From the human T2T-CHM13v2.0 reference genome, Homo sapiens, in NCBI RefSeq assembly GCF_009914755.1, contig NC_060936.1: a stretch of DNA of 64,000 bases. One strand, 5' to 3'. Positions 12,219-26,768 of this stretch are shown here, piece by piece. The translations under genes and the position numbers were made by a program. Under the pieces are notes generated by a model. That model was not told where the DNA came from, did not search any database, and worked only from the letters and a program-made list of their open reading frames with translations. Each line of letters starts with the position of its first letter. The stretch's first letter is position 1.

Positions 12219-13354
12219 CTAATAGAGATCCAAGCTGGGATTAAGCATATCGAGGGTTGGGTGGAGTTTGAACATCTTGCCAAGTAATATTTATTTTTTT
12301 CTGGGTCAGCTCTCCATTTCTCTTGTAGGAATAAAGGTATAAATTCTTATTGTTTACTTACCATCTGGTGAGAAGCGTAGAGATTGTAGGTGTTTTATTA
12401 TTCTTCTCATTTATCAGAGAGAATAACATGAACTTGATGGAATTACTAGTGGTAGTTTCAGACAAGAGGGCTCACATTAACTTAGTCCTTAAAATATTAT
12501 TTGGCAGGGCATACACTGAGAGGAGAAGGCTGCACTAGGAAACTGGATTACTTCTGATTTATACAACACATCAACATGTTTTGAACACAGTAGGTGAAAT
12601 AAAGGTACATACCAGTCAGGGTGTAATGGTGAAAAACAACATGTAAACCATGATAGGTTAAGTCAGCGGAGGGATTACTTCTCACAAATGCTGCATACCC
12701 AACTTAAGTTGGCAGGGAGGCTCAAGGTTGCAGCCAATGAACAGCTAAAACTTAAAACATAGGTTCTAGGAGGTCTTACATCAGCATTGAAACACTTTAG
12801 TACAGAAATAACGTGTCCATTTTGCTCACCACTCATTGGCCAGCCCCCTGATACCCTTACCATCTAAACTCAAACAAGGCTAAGAAGTGACATCCTACCA
12901 TGTGACCTGAAGACAGAGAGTTCAAAACAATTGGCAGACAGCACTAATGATGACCACAGTAAATATGTGTTGAATAACAGATAATTTTGCATCATGAACA
13001 TTTCTATTATGACCTATAACACATATATGCTGAATGTTCTAAAATAATATTTTTCTGTCTTGAAAATTTGTAAACTCCCAAGAATATATGGAATCCCAGA
13101 TTGAGAAACTAAAAGTTAAACATGGTCATGTCAGGTGATCACCTAAAGCAACTTTAAGTGCAAGTACAAATATGGTCACTGAAATTGCTTAGTAGATATT
13201 CCAAAATAAGCTAATTTTAATATTTAGAAATTTTTCATCAAAATGAAAATGCAAAATATAAACTTTGTATACAGAATTGAAGATTCCTGGGTATATTCCC
13301 AAGAACTCCCATTTGGTTATAGATCCCTATTTGAAAAATAGTTCTCAGTTAAAG

Positions 13355-13610
13355 AAAAATAACTAATGTTTACATATTAAGTGCTTGCCATGAACCAGAC
13401 ATTGTTCCAAGTGCTCTGCGTGAAATAACTGCTTTGATCTGCATGAGAACTATGTTACATAGATATTTGTTATTCATATTTACTTGTGGGGGAACTGAGG
13501 CACAGAGAGGGTAAGTCATACTGCTAGTAACCAGTTTTACTTCAATTTGAACTCGGGACATCTGGGTGCAGGGCACTCATTATTCTTAACCTTTGCACTA
13601 CACTGCCTCT
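13355..13610 (-). mobile_element. MIR
   Basis: MIR core ggggaactgaggcacagagagggtaagtcat ... tttgaactcgg. Confidence 0.75.
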
Positions 13611-14678
13611 TTACATCTCAAGAAGTTTTTAAATTTTGTAAATCATATGCTTAATAAAATATTCCTATAAAACAATTTTATAGGCATAAACCATTCTAAA
13701 TATATAGACAGCCTAGAGATTTTCTTACATTTGTTCCTTTATTTATTCAATAGATATATGTTTCCTAATATACGCAATGGTGATATTGACACAGAAGAGG
13801 GTGTAAGATACTGCTCATCTTTCCATCTACAGGCAAAATGAGATAGGTACACAATGATCCAGAAAACAAAATAGAGAGAGATTATAATATACATGCAAAT
13901 ATTTAGCTTATTTATTTATTTCTGGTTTATTAGGACCCTTCCCCTCCAGAGTGTAAGCCTCATGTGATGAGATGCTATGTCTACCTGGCCCGCCATTATT
14001 TCCTCCATGCCCAAGGGCCTAGGAAATTGTTGGTGTTCCGTAAGTATTCGTTGGAGTAAAGGAATGAATGATTAGCAACTTCACTCCTGGCTAGATGCCA
14101 AGCACAGTAGTGAGTGCTGTATGTGTTTTTTCTCATTTAATTTTCAAAACACGTTTTACAAATAGGAAACTTTAAAGTTCAATCAATTAGAAATGACAAA
14201 GCCAGAATTTGAACCCAAGTCTTTACAATTTTGCAATTAATACTTCTTCTGACTCAAAAACACTGTCTCTCAATGTAGCCTAAACAAATACAAAGTTCAA
14301 TGAGAAATTGTTTTCTTCCAAGTTCATGCATGACAATGAACAAATCACATATACAAAGAAACATTTCCAATGACTCCCACCATTTTTGTCTAAAGCAAGG
14401 ACAAGAGGATATATTGCAAAGCCAGATGACTAGATATTTACCAGTCAGAAATGTCTGAAAAAAAATACAGCTTGATTAGTGAATTGCAGTATGTTCAGTA
14501 ATTAATTAAGAGTTTGATTTGTAAAAACAAAGCATGATGGCTCCCACACACACCATGTGTCCCCTGAGCAAATGAAGATAGAGCTTAATGCTGAGGCTCC
14601 CAGTTCAGCTAAGCAGTCACAGATGTGACTCAAATTAGAAGAATGAACTCTGAATAACAATAACGCCATCCAAATTAC

Positions 14679-14805
14679 CAAGGAGTATGTAAAATTTCTC
14701 CCAGAAAAGCTGGAGACTGAGTCTAGGTCCAGGTTTGTGAGCTTTATATTCTGCTAAAGCTGATTTTTGGATTTGCTTGGGCCAGTGCCACAAATCATGG
14801 GCACT
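14679..14805 (-). pseudogene. Candidate exon
   Basis: Acceptor cttttctcatttctgcaag, donor CTTG|GTAATT. Lies within ORF 14635..14850 (SAHDLWHWPKQIQKSALAEYKAHKPGPRL). Confidence 0.45.
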
Positions 14806-15504
14806 CTTGCAGAAATGAGAAAAGTGTTCTAGTTGTTCAGCAGAACACACTTAGCAAGAGCTTTAAAGTCTATAGTTCATATTAGAAAAACTGCCCGTTA
14901 CCATTCTAGGGAAATGTGTGTGGGGGGGGGGTGTGTAAGAGAAGTGCACTGTCATACAGACACAGTATCTGGAAATAGAGAGATAAAGCCTCTGTTGAAA
15001 GTGGTTGCCGTTGTAGAAAGCAGAGTTTGAAAGAGCATAGTAGTAACATTTTGCTTGGTTTTATTTAAGCTTTGTTATAAGCCTATGTGTCTTTTTAGAG
15101 TACACCAAGTATTTCACATTGACAAAAAATCAAAAATTTATTTTTCAAAATGGTCATCTGAGAAAAGGTCACAAAATAAAACTCAGAAAAATTGTTATAA
15201 GAAATACAAAGATTACATCTCTGCAACCAAAGGTGAATTGTCCCTTAGGGAATTTATGTAATAAGTACAACTAGAATTATAACATATTTAAGGGATAAGG
15301 ACAAAATATACTTTGTTACCAAGATACGTATAGCACGCATTTTAGACACTCAGCAAAGAGCTGTCATGAGTGGTCATTTCTTTTTCATTAGAAAAACAAT
15401 TTAATCATATCATTTTACTTTTTACTGTGATGGAATGCAGAAAAAGGAAAGAAAGGGTCTACACCAACTCATCTCTGTCTCCTACTACCTATTATTAATG
15501 TTAC

Positions 15505-16864
15505 TCAATTCCATTTCAGTAAATGTTTGGTGGCTTCTATATGCTGATCCCTTATTTTTGTGACTCTACTTCTCTGTCGTTGGCCAGGCATCCATTCTCC
15601 ACCCTCTCAACCTCTCCCCATCTTGCCTTAACTACTCTCTAACTCTACTTTTGCAACCTGCTGTGCTTTCGCTCACTGCCTGTCTACTCCTTCCTTGCTA
15701 CTTTTATAGCCATTTTTCTCATATCCACGGAAGACTAATGACCTTTGCTTTTAGCTGCTTCATCATGTTGGCATTTAAACACTAAAATGGTGTGATAGGC
15801 CTGCCACTGCGCAAGGGACCATGAGGACTGCCTTCATTTCTTCACTTTTTGTATCGTGTTTTTCAGTAATCATGTGGCCTCAGCTGACTTCGTAGGCATT
15901 TAGTTCACTACATTTTTGATAGACACATGAACTCAAAATATTCAGCTGGGGTTGATATGACCATTTTATGAAGAAAAGGAAGTTCGTAGACTTCTGGAAT
16001 TTGTAAATAACATTTAGTCTCAACTGTGCCTTTGAAATTTTCAGCTGTAAGAAACGCTTTTGAAAATAGAAGACAAAAGTCCACCAGAGAGTTGCATTCC
16101 ATTCTCTGGAGTTAAAAAAGTTCCACAATCTCAGTTGTAGGAAAAAAAAATGCTTATTTTTAGTGCTTTCTGTAATTTTCTGCTTGCAAAGAGACACATC
16201 TTTCATGACAGTGTCGTCATTTCATGGCCCTCAAAGTTTTCAATCAGTCTTGTTGACTTAAGCCTGGACTACCTAGGTTTAAGTGTATGACACACGATCA
16301 GATCAGTCATCTGGAAGCACTCTCTTTCTGCAGGTATCAACACCAAGTTACCTGCAGGAGGCAATTTTGCTTTGCTTTATAATAAAGATCTCAACATTAA
16401 CTGATGCTTTGCTCTCTGAATCTCCTTTCACCTTTGATGGGAGCTGAGAGTCTCAGTAATCTCCAAAACATCTTTCTTGGGTGGATTTTTTAAATCGACA
16501 AGCCTTGATATGATTGTGCATGTTCTCATTTCTAACTTATTTTTAATGATAGAGATGAGCTGATAGCATATGTATGTGTTCTCCATTAGGCCAAGGAAAT
16601 TAAGAGAGAATCTTATCCTCACTCCGTAGCCATGTAAAAATTAGTTTCCTTATTTTTTTGCCCCAGATGAATTCTGCATTGTTTTAATGAATTCATTCAC
16701 AGTGTGAGGGCACACAGCATTGAAGAGACCTCAAGCAGTTTCACATTACAGACACTGACATAGCTTGCTAGAGATCTTCAAAGGCTTTTGTACTCTATTG
16801 CTTCATCATTTCTTGAGAAAATTATTTTTAGGCTGTCACACTCCCCCATTTCTTTTTTAAACAG
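15505..16864 (-). pseudogene. Candidate large decayed exon (about 1.36 kb)
   Basis: Strong acceptor cttaattcc(t)nggtag|CTG in phase 0, matching the phase-0 donor of exon 17902-18355. Frameshifted segments LFKKEMGECDSLKIIFSRNDEAIEYKSL and MECNSLVDFCLLFSKAFLTAENFKGTVETKCYLQIPEVYELPFLHKMVIST. Donor uncertain. Confidence 0.55.
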
Positions 16865-17901
16865 CTACCAAAAAAAAAAAAAAAGGAATTAAGGGCAGAG
16901 GACGTGATCTGAACTATATCTGTTGTTTAAAAGATTAAATAATGTGTAACTGATACAGTATGCTGAAAAATAGATTTGCCTTATTTGTAAAATTACAGAA
17001 ATTTTAATGTAAAATGAGGCAATTGAATTATCAGTGGTTTTCTAAATTTCTTTAGTAGTAGATACATCTTAATAAAAACCAAAATGTTATACAGGTGCCT
17101 AGTAAATAAAATGGAGGCTATACTAATTAAAATATAAGTTGGGGACTCTTAGAAATCTGCCTTCTCATCCCGCCTTTTGGCAATCTCTGGACACTTCTAC
17201 GAACCTCTTAGACTAGACACTAAATGATCTTTGATATACATTTCCAAGACAAACACTATATGATTCTACTCAATTCAATTCAAAAAAATGTACTTGGGTG
17301 CCTAAAATATAACTGGAGATACAAAGATACATACAGTATCCTCCCTGCCTCAAGAAGCAACACACAATTCTGTTTTGAATACAGTGGCTCCTTGTACCCC
17401 CAACCCATTAGCATATTAAGCCCAAAAATAACCCACTGGTCTCTCTCCTGGAGAGTGTTATGGATCCCAGTGCCTGGTGCTGGTTACTACTCAATTAATT
17501 CTTACTGAGCAAACTTATTGAGCAAATGAAAGCATTTGAATTAAATAAGTGAGTTTCATGACTAAATAAAATAATGGGTAATATACTAAGAGTAAATGAA
17601 AATACAGTCCTAGGGAAATATTATATTCAATGCAATAGCTTAAAATAAATGTCATCCTTATAAACTGTTAAATCAAGTTTCTATATGGTTAAAAAAACAT
17701 AATGAATGCCCTTCCTTGTCAGTTCCCCTACAACAAGCAGTGATCAGATACTTCAAAGGAAACCCTATCTTTTACTTAACTATGGAATAGTACTCCATGA
17801 GAGGAAATACCTGATTTCAACTGATGATTAGCATATGCCTTAAAAAATAGGGAAAAGGACTCTCAATGATTCTTAAATGTTAACTGTTTTTAATATCTTA
17901 C

Positions 17902-18355
17902 TTGGGACTTTTAAGGCCTCTCAACCTCAGCTAATATCCTGTAACAAGAAATTCTCTAATATTGACAAAGCAAATAAGCAAATGTCTTGCATATTTTAAG
18001 TTGAGAGCTTAAGTATTTCTTTGCTCTTTTTTTCCCTTGTATTAGGAAGCTGCATTGCTTTCTTTCTACGGGAATAGTTTCACATAGCGACCTGTCCCAA
18101 CACCTATGATTTGCATTGTGGACCAAAGGCCAGTGTGAAGACCAGAGCCACAGAAGAGCCCACCAGAAAGTGTGTGAGAATACTCAATGGTATGTTGAGG
18201 CAGTTTTCAAAAAAATCATTATTTTACATTCACTGGTTGCTGCCTTGTCCAGATAAACAATATCTCTGTCCTTTTGCCAAGTACACAAGTCATTTTTTGT
18301 TCTTTTAGGCTAAAAGGCCAATTTTAATAGAATTTTTTCATTTGGTTAATTCACT
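17902..18355 (-). pseudogene. Candidate decayed exon (454 nt, phase 2-0)
   Basis: Acceptor attcttactttccag|A, donor CCAA|GTAAGA. Single frame, 5 stops in 151 codons (...DLCTWQKDRDIVYLDKAATSECKIMIFLKTASTYH...). Confidence 0.6.
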
Positions 18356-18807
18356 CTGGAAAGTAAGAATATAAATGACTTAAATGAAACTATATAGAAA
18401 CTTACATTTAGAGAAATAAATGTTTATAAATGGCTCTTTTAACACAACTGAATATCTTTTGGGTATTTAATAGTTACTTATTATAAGGAGCATTAAAAGT
18501 TGGCCACAAGAGAAAGAGAAAAACTAACACTTTCATAGCTCTAGTCAATAAGCTTGGCTAGAGCTAACCCAAATGTTAGGTATATTGTACAGGATATGAT
18601 AAATCCATTTAGAATCCACTTAAAGGATAGGATTTTGAAACAAAAAAAATTAATACAGTATGGTATATCCATCCACTTGATTGAATATAATAGTCATTTA
18701 AAAAGATCTTTATTAAAAAATTTGGAAAAAAGTATTTTTGCTAAAGGAAATTATTTCCACAAAGCCATTTTTATGTAGCTATGGTAAAACAGTTAATTTA
18801 AAATCAC

Positions 18808-18984
18808 TCATTTAAACATCTTCAAGGATTTCCTGAATCAGACACTAATGACCCTGTCTATTCATCCTTCTCATCTACCACGATTAAAGGAGGTTTGACT
18901 TTAATTATTTGACTTGTATAGGTATACAAATAACCTCTGTATCCGGAAAATAAAATGTGTATAACTGTCTTCTGAAGCTGGGTT
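18808..18984 (-). pseudogene. Candidate decayed exon (177 nt, phase 2-2)
   Basis: Acceptor ataatatttttag|A, donor ATGA|GTGATT. Reads TQLQKTVIHILFSGYRGYLYTYTSQIIKVKPPLIVVDEKDE*TGSLVSDSGNP*RCLN. Confidence 0.5.
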
Positions 18985-19334
18985 CTAAAAATATTATCAC
19001 ATCTGTCTTACAATCGAGTACTAAGAGAGCTATTTAAAATTTAAATGAGCATTTCCCCTAATTGAACTAAGAAACATAGCAAGGTCAGGCTTACTATCTA
19101 GTACATAGCCCTAAAAGAAAAATGGAAAAAGAGAAAGCTTAAAAAATACGGAGTTGCTGTCCTCTATATTTTTAAGGACAGAGGAAAATATATTGATTAT
19201 TAGATAGAAAAACACATGTGTTAACTGACAGTAAAATAATATAACCTTCACAATTTTATGAGAGAAATCAGTGTTTAAGATGAAGATCATTCAAAATACA
19301 GCAATGTAGATCAATCAAAATGGTTTGAGAATAC

Positions 19335-20520
19335 ATCACACCATATACAAAAATGAACTCAAAATGAATCAAAGGCCAAAATGTAAGAGCTAAAAGTACA
19401 CAACTTTTAGAAGAAAGCATAGGCATAAATCTTTATGACCTTGGATTAGGCAATTGTTTCTTAGACATAAGACCAAAAACACAGGTAACAAGGGAAAAAA
19501 AAGATGAATTAGACTTCATCAAAATTAAAAACTTCTGTGCTTCAAAGTAAACCATCAAGAAAGTGAAAAAACAACCCACAGAATGGGGGAAAGTATTTAT
19601 AAATCATGTATCTGATAAGAAACTGGTATCCAGAATACATAAAGTACTTACACAACTCAACAATTTAAAAAAAATTTAAAAAGGAACAAAGGATTTCAAT
19701 GGACATTTCTCCAAAGAAGTTGTACAAATAACCAATAAATAAAAAGATGCTCAACATCATTATTCATTAGTGAAATGCAAATGAAAACCTCAATGAGGTT
19801 CATACCCATTAGCATGGCTATAATCAGAGAGACAGACAATGACAAGTGTTGACAAGGATGTGGAGAAACTGGAATTCTCATACATTGCTGGTGGGAATAT
19901 AAAATGATGTAGCCACTTTGGAAAACAGTTTGGCAGTTTCTCAAAAAAGTTAAACATAGTTACCATATAACTCAGTAATTCCACTCCTAGGTATCTACCC
20001 AAGATAAATAAAAATATGTCCACACAGAAAGTTGTACATTAAGGTTTATAGCACCATTATTCATAATTTTAAAAGTAAAAACAGCCCAAATGTCTATCAA
20101 TTGAGTGAATAAACAAAATGTGGTTTATCCCTACAATAGAATATTTTTCAGCCATAAAAAGGAATGAAGTACTGATATGTATTATAACATGGATGAACCT
20201 TGAAAACATTATGCCAAATGAAAGAAGACAGACGCAAAAGGCCACATGTCATATGATTCTATTTAACTGAGGAATCCGGACTAGACAAACCCATAGAAAT
20301 AGAAAGTAGATTGGTAGTTTCCAGGGGCCAGGACGGGGAGGGGAAATGAGACATGAATACTAATGAGTTTGGTGTTTCCTTTTGGAGTGATAAAAATTGT
20401 CTGTAATTAAGAAACTATAGGTGGTGGTTACACAACTTTGTGAAAATACTAAAAACTACCTAGTTGTACACTTTAAAAATGTGAATTTTATCATATATTA
20501 ATTATACCTCAATTAACAAA
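19335..20520 (+). mobile_element. Old L1M (L1MB-like), end of ORF2 plus 3'UTR
   Basis: cacaccatatacaaaaatgaactcaaaatg ... gccataaaaaggaatgaagtactgat ... ttgtacactttaaaa. Confidence 0.9.
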
Positions 20521-20596
20521 AAATGCTTAGAGAAACTGATGACCTTTTCTTAAATGAGAAAAATTGACAAATAACTAATTTTTTTGCAAATATCAC

Positions 20597-20763
20597 TTGT
20601 CTTGTCAGTCAGATGTTTCTTAAGTCCTACACCGTTGTCCTCATTGCCTGTGATCTCCATCCTGTTTTTCAAGCCACTGGCATCTTACTCTTCAGCAGAA
20701 AAGGATTATGGGAGGAAGAGGTTTAGGATGAGGAAAGGATGTCTATTTCTTCTTGTTGGTCAT
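20597..20763 (-). pseudogene. Candidate decayed exon with lost acceptor
   Basis: Donor ACAA|GTGATA; acceptor reads ...tttttaa. Reads DQQEEIDILSSS...DASGLKNRMEITGNEDNGVGLKKHLTDKT. Confidence 0.35.
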
Positions 20764-20780
20764 TTAAAAAATAATGATCA

Positions 20781-21216
<436 letters not shown>

Positions 21217-21347
21217 CTACACAAAGGAATGAAGAGGGCTATCAGTAATGAATAGGTGTTTAAATGTAAAGAAAAAAACCTTTTTGTAGTAATAGAATTG
21301 TTCCATACCTTGATTGTGGTGAAGGTTATATTAGTATAAATATTTGG

Positions 21348-21646
21348 GGCTGGGCGTGGTGGCTCACGCCTGTAATCCCAGCACTTTGGGAGGCCGAGGC
21401 AGGTGGATCATGAGGTCAGGAGATCGAGACCATCCTGGTAAACACTGTGGAACCCTGTCTCTATTGAAAATACAAAAACATTAGGCGGGCGTGGTGGCGG
21501 GTGCCTGTAGTCCCAGCTACTCAGGAGGCTGAGGCAGGAGAATGGCGTGAACCCCGAGGGGCGCAGCTTGCAGTGAGCAGAGATCGTGCCACTGCACTCC
21601 AGCCTGGGTGACAGAGCAAGAATCTACCTCAAAAAAAAAAAAAAAA
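21348..21646 (+). mobile_element. Alu (AluY-like)
   Basis: AluY-type segments gagatcgagaccatcctgg and gaatggcgtgaacc. Confidence 0.95.
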
Positions 21647-21759
21647 TTGGTAAAACTCACCAAACTGTCAAGTAGGTGCTTAAATGCCTGTATTCCATTG
21701 GATGTAAGTGCTTTTCAAATCCTCTAGTGTCGTTACTCCTTGGATGTGTGATTGATCAT

Positions 21760-22161
21760 TGATATGGATTTGATATTTGTCCTGCCCAAATCTCATGCTA
21801 AAATGGAATCCCCAGTGTTGGAGGTGGGCCTGTTAGGAGGTGTTTGGGTCATAGGAGTAGATCCTTCATGGCTTGGTTCTGTCCTCACAATGCAATAGTG
21901 AGTTCTTGAGGGATCTGGTTGTTTAAAATTCTGTGGCATCTTCCCCCTTCTCTTGCTCCTGCTCTTGCCATGTAATGTACCTGCTCCTACCTTGCCTTCC
22001 ACCATGAGTAAAAGCTTCCTGGAGCCTCCCGAGAAACTGAGCAGATGCCGGCACCATGGCTATGTAGCCTGCAGAACTGTGAGCCAATAAAGCCTCTTTT
22101 CTTAATTGAAATACCTAATCTCTACTGTTTCTTTATAGCAATACAAAAATGGTCTAGCACA
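21760..22161 (+). mobile_element. MST (MSTB-like) solo LTR
   Basis: tgatatgg...cccaaatctcatg ... ctttatagcaatacaaaaatggtctagcaca. Confidence 0.85.
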
Positions 22162-22192
22162 ATCTTTTAAATTTCTGTCTCTTTTAGTGTAC

Positions 22193-22507
22193 CTTCCATG
22201 CACCAAATTCTTCTCAGGAAAATGCTGGATCAATAATGTGAATTTTATTCTCCTATATCTAGTCAAATAAGCATAACTGAAGAAAAAATTACCATGCAGA
22301 TGTGAACCACTACAAATATATTTTTCCAGCTTCAACTGGTTCCTCAGTGCTGTGCATGAATTCTTGATGTGTTCTTAGCTATGGTCTCTTCACCTCACTT
22401 ATTGAGTGAATGAAAGCATTTGCTTTCATTCCTCTCATTTCAAATATGAGGGCTGATATTTGTGAGATTTCTCTCACTTTCTGAAGAACATCTTGCTTTG
22501 TTACTTA
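22193..22507 (-). pseudogene. Candidate decayed exon (315 nt, phase 1-1)
   Basis: Acceptor ttctttcccttttataag|T, donor GGAAG|GTACAC. Reads SNKARCSSESERNLTNISPHI*NERNESKCFHSLNK*... with many stops. Confidence 0.4.
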
Positions 22508-23350
22508 CTTATAAAAGGGAAAGAATCTGTCATAAATTGGCCCAAATGTCCCCCCAACATATCAACAGATCTACATTCACCCATCCTTACCTCTTCTGTC
22601 CACTCTCAGAGGATGAGGTGCTCTGCTGTTCAAGGCCTGTCCCTCCATCTGTCCCCTTGACCCTGGCTTCCCATAACTTATCTGGGATTTCACTCCATCA
22701 GTTCTCTCACCCTCTCATTTTCAGCCCACCTCATTATTGGCCCTGCATTCAGCTAATCAATACGCTCAAATTATCTCCCATCCTAAAAATAAAACCAAAA
22801 GTCTCTTTCAGTTGGCTGCCATATTCTCTCTTCCAAATTTCTGTAAATTAAAAGTAGTCTGTGTTTCTCCCCCAAACGACTCTCTTTAATCTCTGGATCT
22901 TCTGACCCACCACTTTGCTGAAAATTTGGCCATAAATAACTCCCCTTCTTACAGTCTTTTTGGATATTTCCTATCCTTAGTGAATCATTGTGCTGTGCTT
23001 GATGCTTGTTGCCCCCTCTTCCCTTCTCCCTTGGTAACTGAGGTAACAGCAGGGGAAAAGTTTGCCCAAGGAGAATGTCGATTGAAAAGAGAAGAAGCCC
23101 AAAGGTGAAAACTTAGGTGAAGTGAACATTTTAAAAAGCAGGAGCCTATGATTGAAGAACTTTAAATTTAGAGGAAATGGTCAGATGACAAGAGAAAAAC
23201 CAAGAGATGATGTCGTGGAAGCTAGAGGAGAAAAGGAGAGGGATCAATGTGCCCAGCAATTTCTTCAAGGCAATAGGCTGCGCAAGAGACTGGCAGTTAG
23301 GAGCCTCGTGCTCTTGGCTCACTTCATAGCCATCTAGTTCTGTGGCCTAC

Positions 23351-23861
23351 CAGTTCTCATCCTTTGAATTCTTAGGTTAGACGAGAAGATACATGAGATC
23401 TCTAAATCTTCAGGTTTAAACGTAGATGTCTTTCACTACACCAGAGTAAATAGCTTATTCAATATTCATTTTATGATCGTTATTGGACTTCGGCTTCCTA
23501 CTGCCTTTCAAATAGGCCATCGCAAGATTTTGTCCAGTAGTAACGGTAAGCATTGCGGCATCTTTACTTATCTTCCATGCTCAAACAAACCAGCCATCTG
23601 GGCATTCTCAGCCATAGAGCCTCTTACTGTTTTGAGTCACTACCTTCTAAAGGTTGTACTGGTTTTATCCCAATCTCTACCAAAATAAATGCATGAGCCA
23701 AAGAAACTGGCTCATGTGTTATGAATAGATTTGTTCTCTGTAAATATAACTTCAAAAATACTATGAAAAAAGTATATGTATTTAGGTTCAGGAATTCCAG
23801 AACTGGGTACTTTGCTTTTTCACCCTTCATTTTTCTTTTTTCTGAAAGATTTCATCTCAGA
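23351..23861 (-). pseudogene. Candidate decayed exon (511 nt)
   Basis: Acceptor ttttgtttccatttataag|T, donor ACTG|GTAGGC. Contains ORF 23624..23830. Confidence 0.45.
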
Positions 23862-24134
23862 CTTATAAATGGAAACAAAACACCTTGGGAAAAGAAAGAA
23901 GTAGTATTGATTAATTTCTTCTATATATTATTCTAGCCCCCTTTAGTCAGAAAATAGCTAAGAGTACTGTTCTTTTGGCATTTGGAGTAAAACTAGTTCC
24001 TAACATTCTTTTTTGAGTGAACTTATATCTCAGACACCAAGGAACAAATGAGAAGTGTAAAAACAGCACTGCCTCTACCAACTCCCACTATTTTTCTGTC
24101 TTGAAACACTTTTTAAAAGTTCAATATAAATTAC

Positions 24135-24308
24135 CTGACAATGGCATTTGCAGCTGTGGCAAGGTGATGGGAAGTGGATTTCTTTTGCCAAGTTTCCTTT
24201 GAGGGGTGCCGGTAGCAGTCCTTTCTAACTCTGTGGTTATACCCGGTGCAGCACAGATAGTCTCCAGGAACTGTTAATCCTTTCCTTGCAGCAAATTTAC
24301 AGTGGCAG
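24135..24308 (-). pseudogene. Candidate exon (174 nt, phase 2-2, no stop; acceptor reads GG)
   Basis: Donor TCAG|GTAATT; polypyrimidine tract atttctgttttccttgg. Open frame CHCKFAARKGLTVPGDYLCCTGYNHRVRKDCYRHPSKETWQKKSTSHHLATAANAIV. Confidence 0.5.
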
Positions 24309-25199
24309 CCAAGGAAAACAGAAATCAATGTGACTTGATGGGAAGAAGGAGATGATTGCCAACTGGAAGATGGCAGTGGAAAGATAAACTTTTACAAAAG
24401 AAATAGATCTAACTTGTCAGGAAAGCATGCACCTGTATGAAAATTCATGAAGCAATGTGTAGAAATGCGATGATGAGTTGGGTGATGATAAAAGGAGAGA
24501 GAAATAGAATTGATATTGTCATGGAAGTCAGCTTTACACTAAATGGCCAGAGAGGAGATGCATAGTGTTTTCTGAATATAGCCAATAATACTGACACAGA
24601 ACAGGATCCAGAAGTGATGGGGGTAGGGCCGAGGCTTTATCTACACAGCTGCTGAAAGTTTCATTCTGCTAAAAGCATGTATCTGGTAAATTCTTGACTC
24701 GCTTTACTAATAGTTTCATCTCTCAGATGTTTGAGGAAGTGATAAGGGGAACTGCAACTTAACTATGAATTTCAGGGAAGGGCTAGATGATGATGCGTCA
24801 GGGACAGGAAATTTGTGAGATATTTACCCCTATATTTTGGAGATTTGTAAGAGTGAGCAGTGGGAATTCTGGGAAGAGTCAGAAAGCCACTTCGGCCTTC
24901 AGGAAAACAGATTTCAAAGAAACCAGACAGAAATTTTTCACATTTTTTAAAAGGAATGTAGCTCAAGAGGGAAGGGCAATTCTAAAAGTGAGGAGAGAAG
25001 AGAAAGTCTAACAAAGCAGTTATAACTTCCAATATAAAAAAGAATTCTTTAAAATTTTTGAGCTTTAAAGAAACAATAGGTATTTATTTATTAGTGAACT
25101 CCCCAGTCACTGGAAACAAACTAATTCCACACAGTTGCCTCTAAATAATGGAATCAAGGGGATTTTTATATAGCATGGGAATTTGAACTATATCAAATG

Positions 25200-25940
<741 letters not shown>

Positions 25941-26616
25941 ATTCTACCCAAGGAACCATGAGATTCTACTAAAGTGACTGCATATGAAATTTCACTGGAT
26001 TCCCATTTCCTGTAGAGAAAAAAACAAATTTTAGAATTGCAAAATAGGTCTTCAATGTGGTGCTTGAGGAATGGAACTCTGGAACCAGTTTGCCTAGGTT
26101 CAAATCTCATTTCAGCTGCCTAGCTTTGTGATCTAGAGCAAATTACTTAAATTCTTAATGCCTCAGTTTTCATATATGTAAAATGGGAGAAATTGTAGTA
26201 TTCATCTCATTGGGTTTGTCTGAAGTTTCAGTGAAATAATTATTGTGTTGTCATTAGCTATTACTAACACTGATGTAATCTTATTTATCACTTTACCCAC
26301 CCTCTATCTCTAGCCTGTGCTTAGACATGCTAAGCTAACTGCAATTGCACAAACACACCGACATTGTTTCACCCCTCCATGCCCTCACTCATGTTACTCC
26401 TTCTGCCTGAAGAATTGGTGGTAAATCTTTTGCAACACCTTCCCTTCCTTGCATCTACCCCTGTACCTTAAAATCCATCAATCCAATCTGGCAACACTTC
26501 TATGAAGTCATTTTACCTCATTCAGAGCAAACTGACCAATTTCTTCTTTGGGTTTTATCATGCTTCTTCTGACCAGCAAATTTTGATCTGTATTAACCCT
26601 GGCAGATAACAGATTA

Positions 26617-26768
26617 ACAGATAGGTCTAGCACCCGGGAGAGCAGTCAGGGCTGGACATATAAATTTGGGAGTTATTAGCATGTTAACTTATAGGTGGTA
26701 AAGACTTGGGACTGAATGTGATATTCTAGCAATAATGCAGGAAAGGAAGAAAAGAGAGTTAAGTGCCT
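26617..26768 (-). repeat. Inverted duplicate of the L2 segment 27858-28003
   Basis: Roughly 90% identical by eye to the reverse complement of 27858-28003. Confidence 0.9.
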
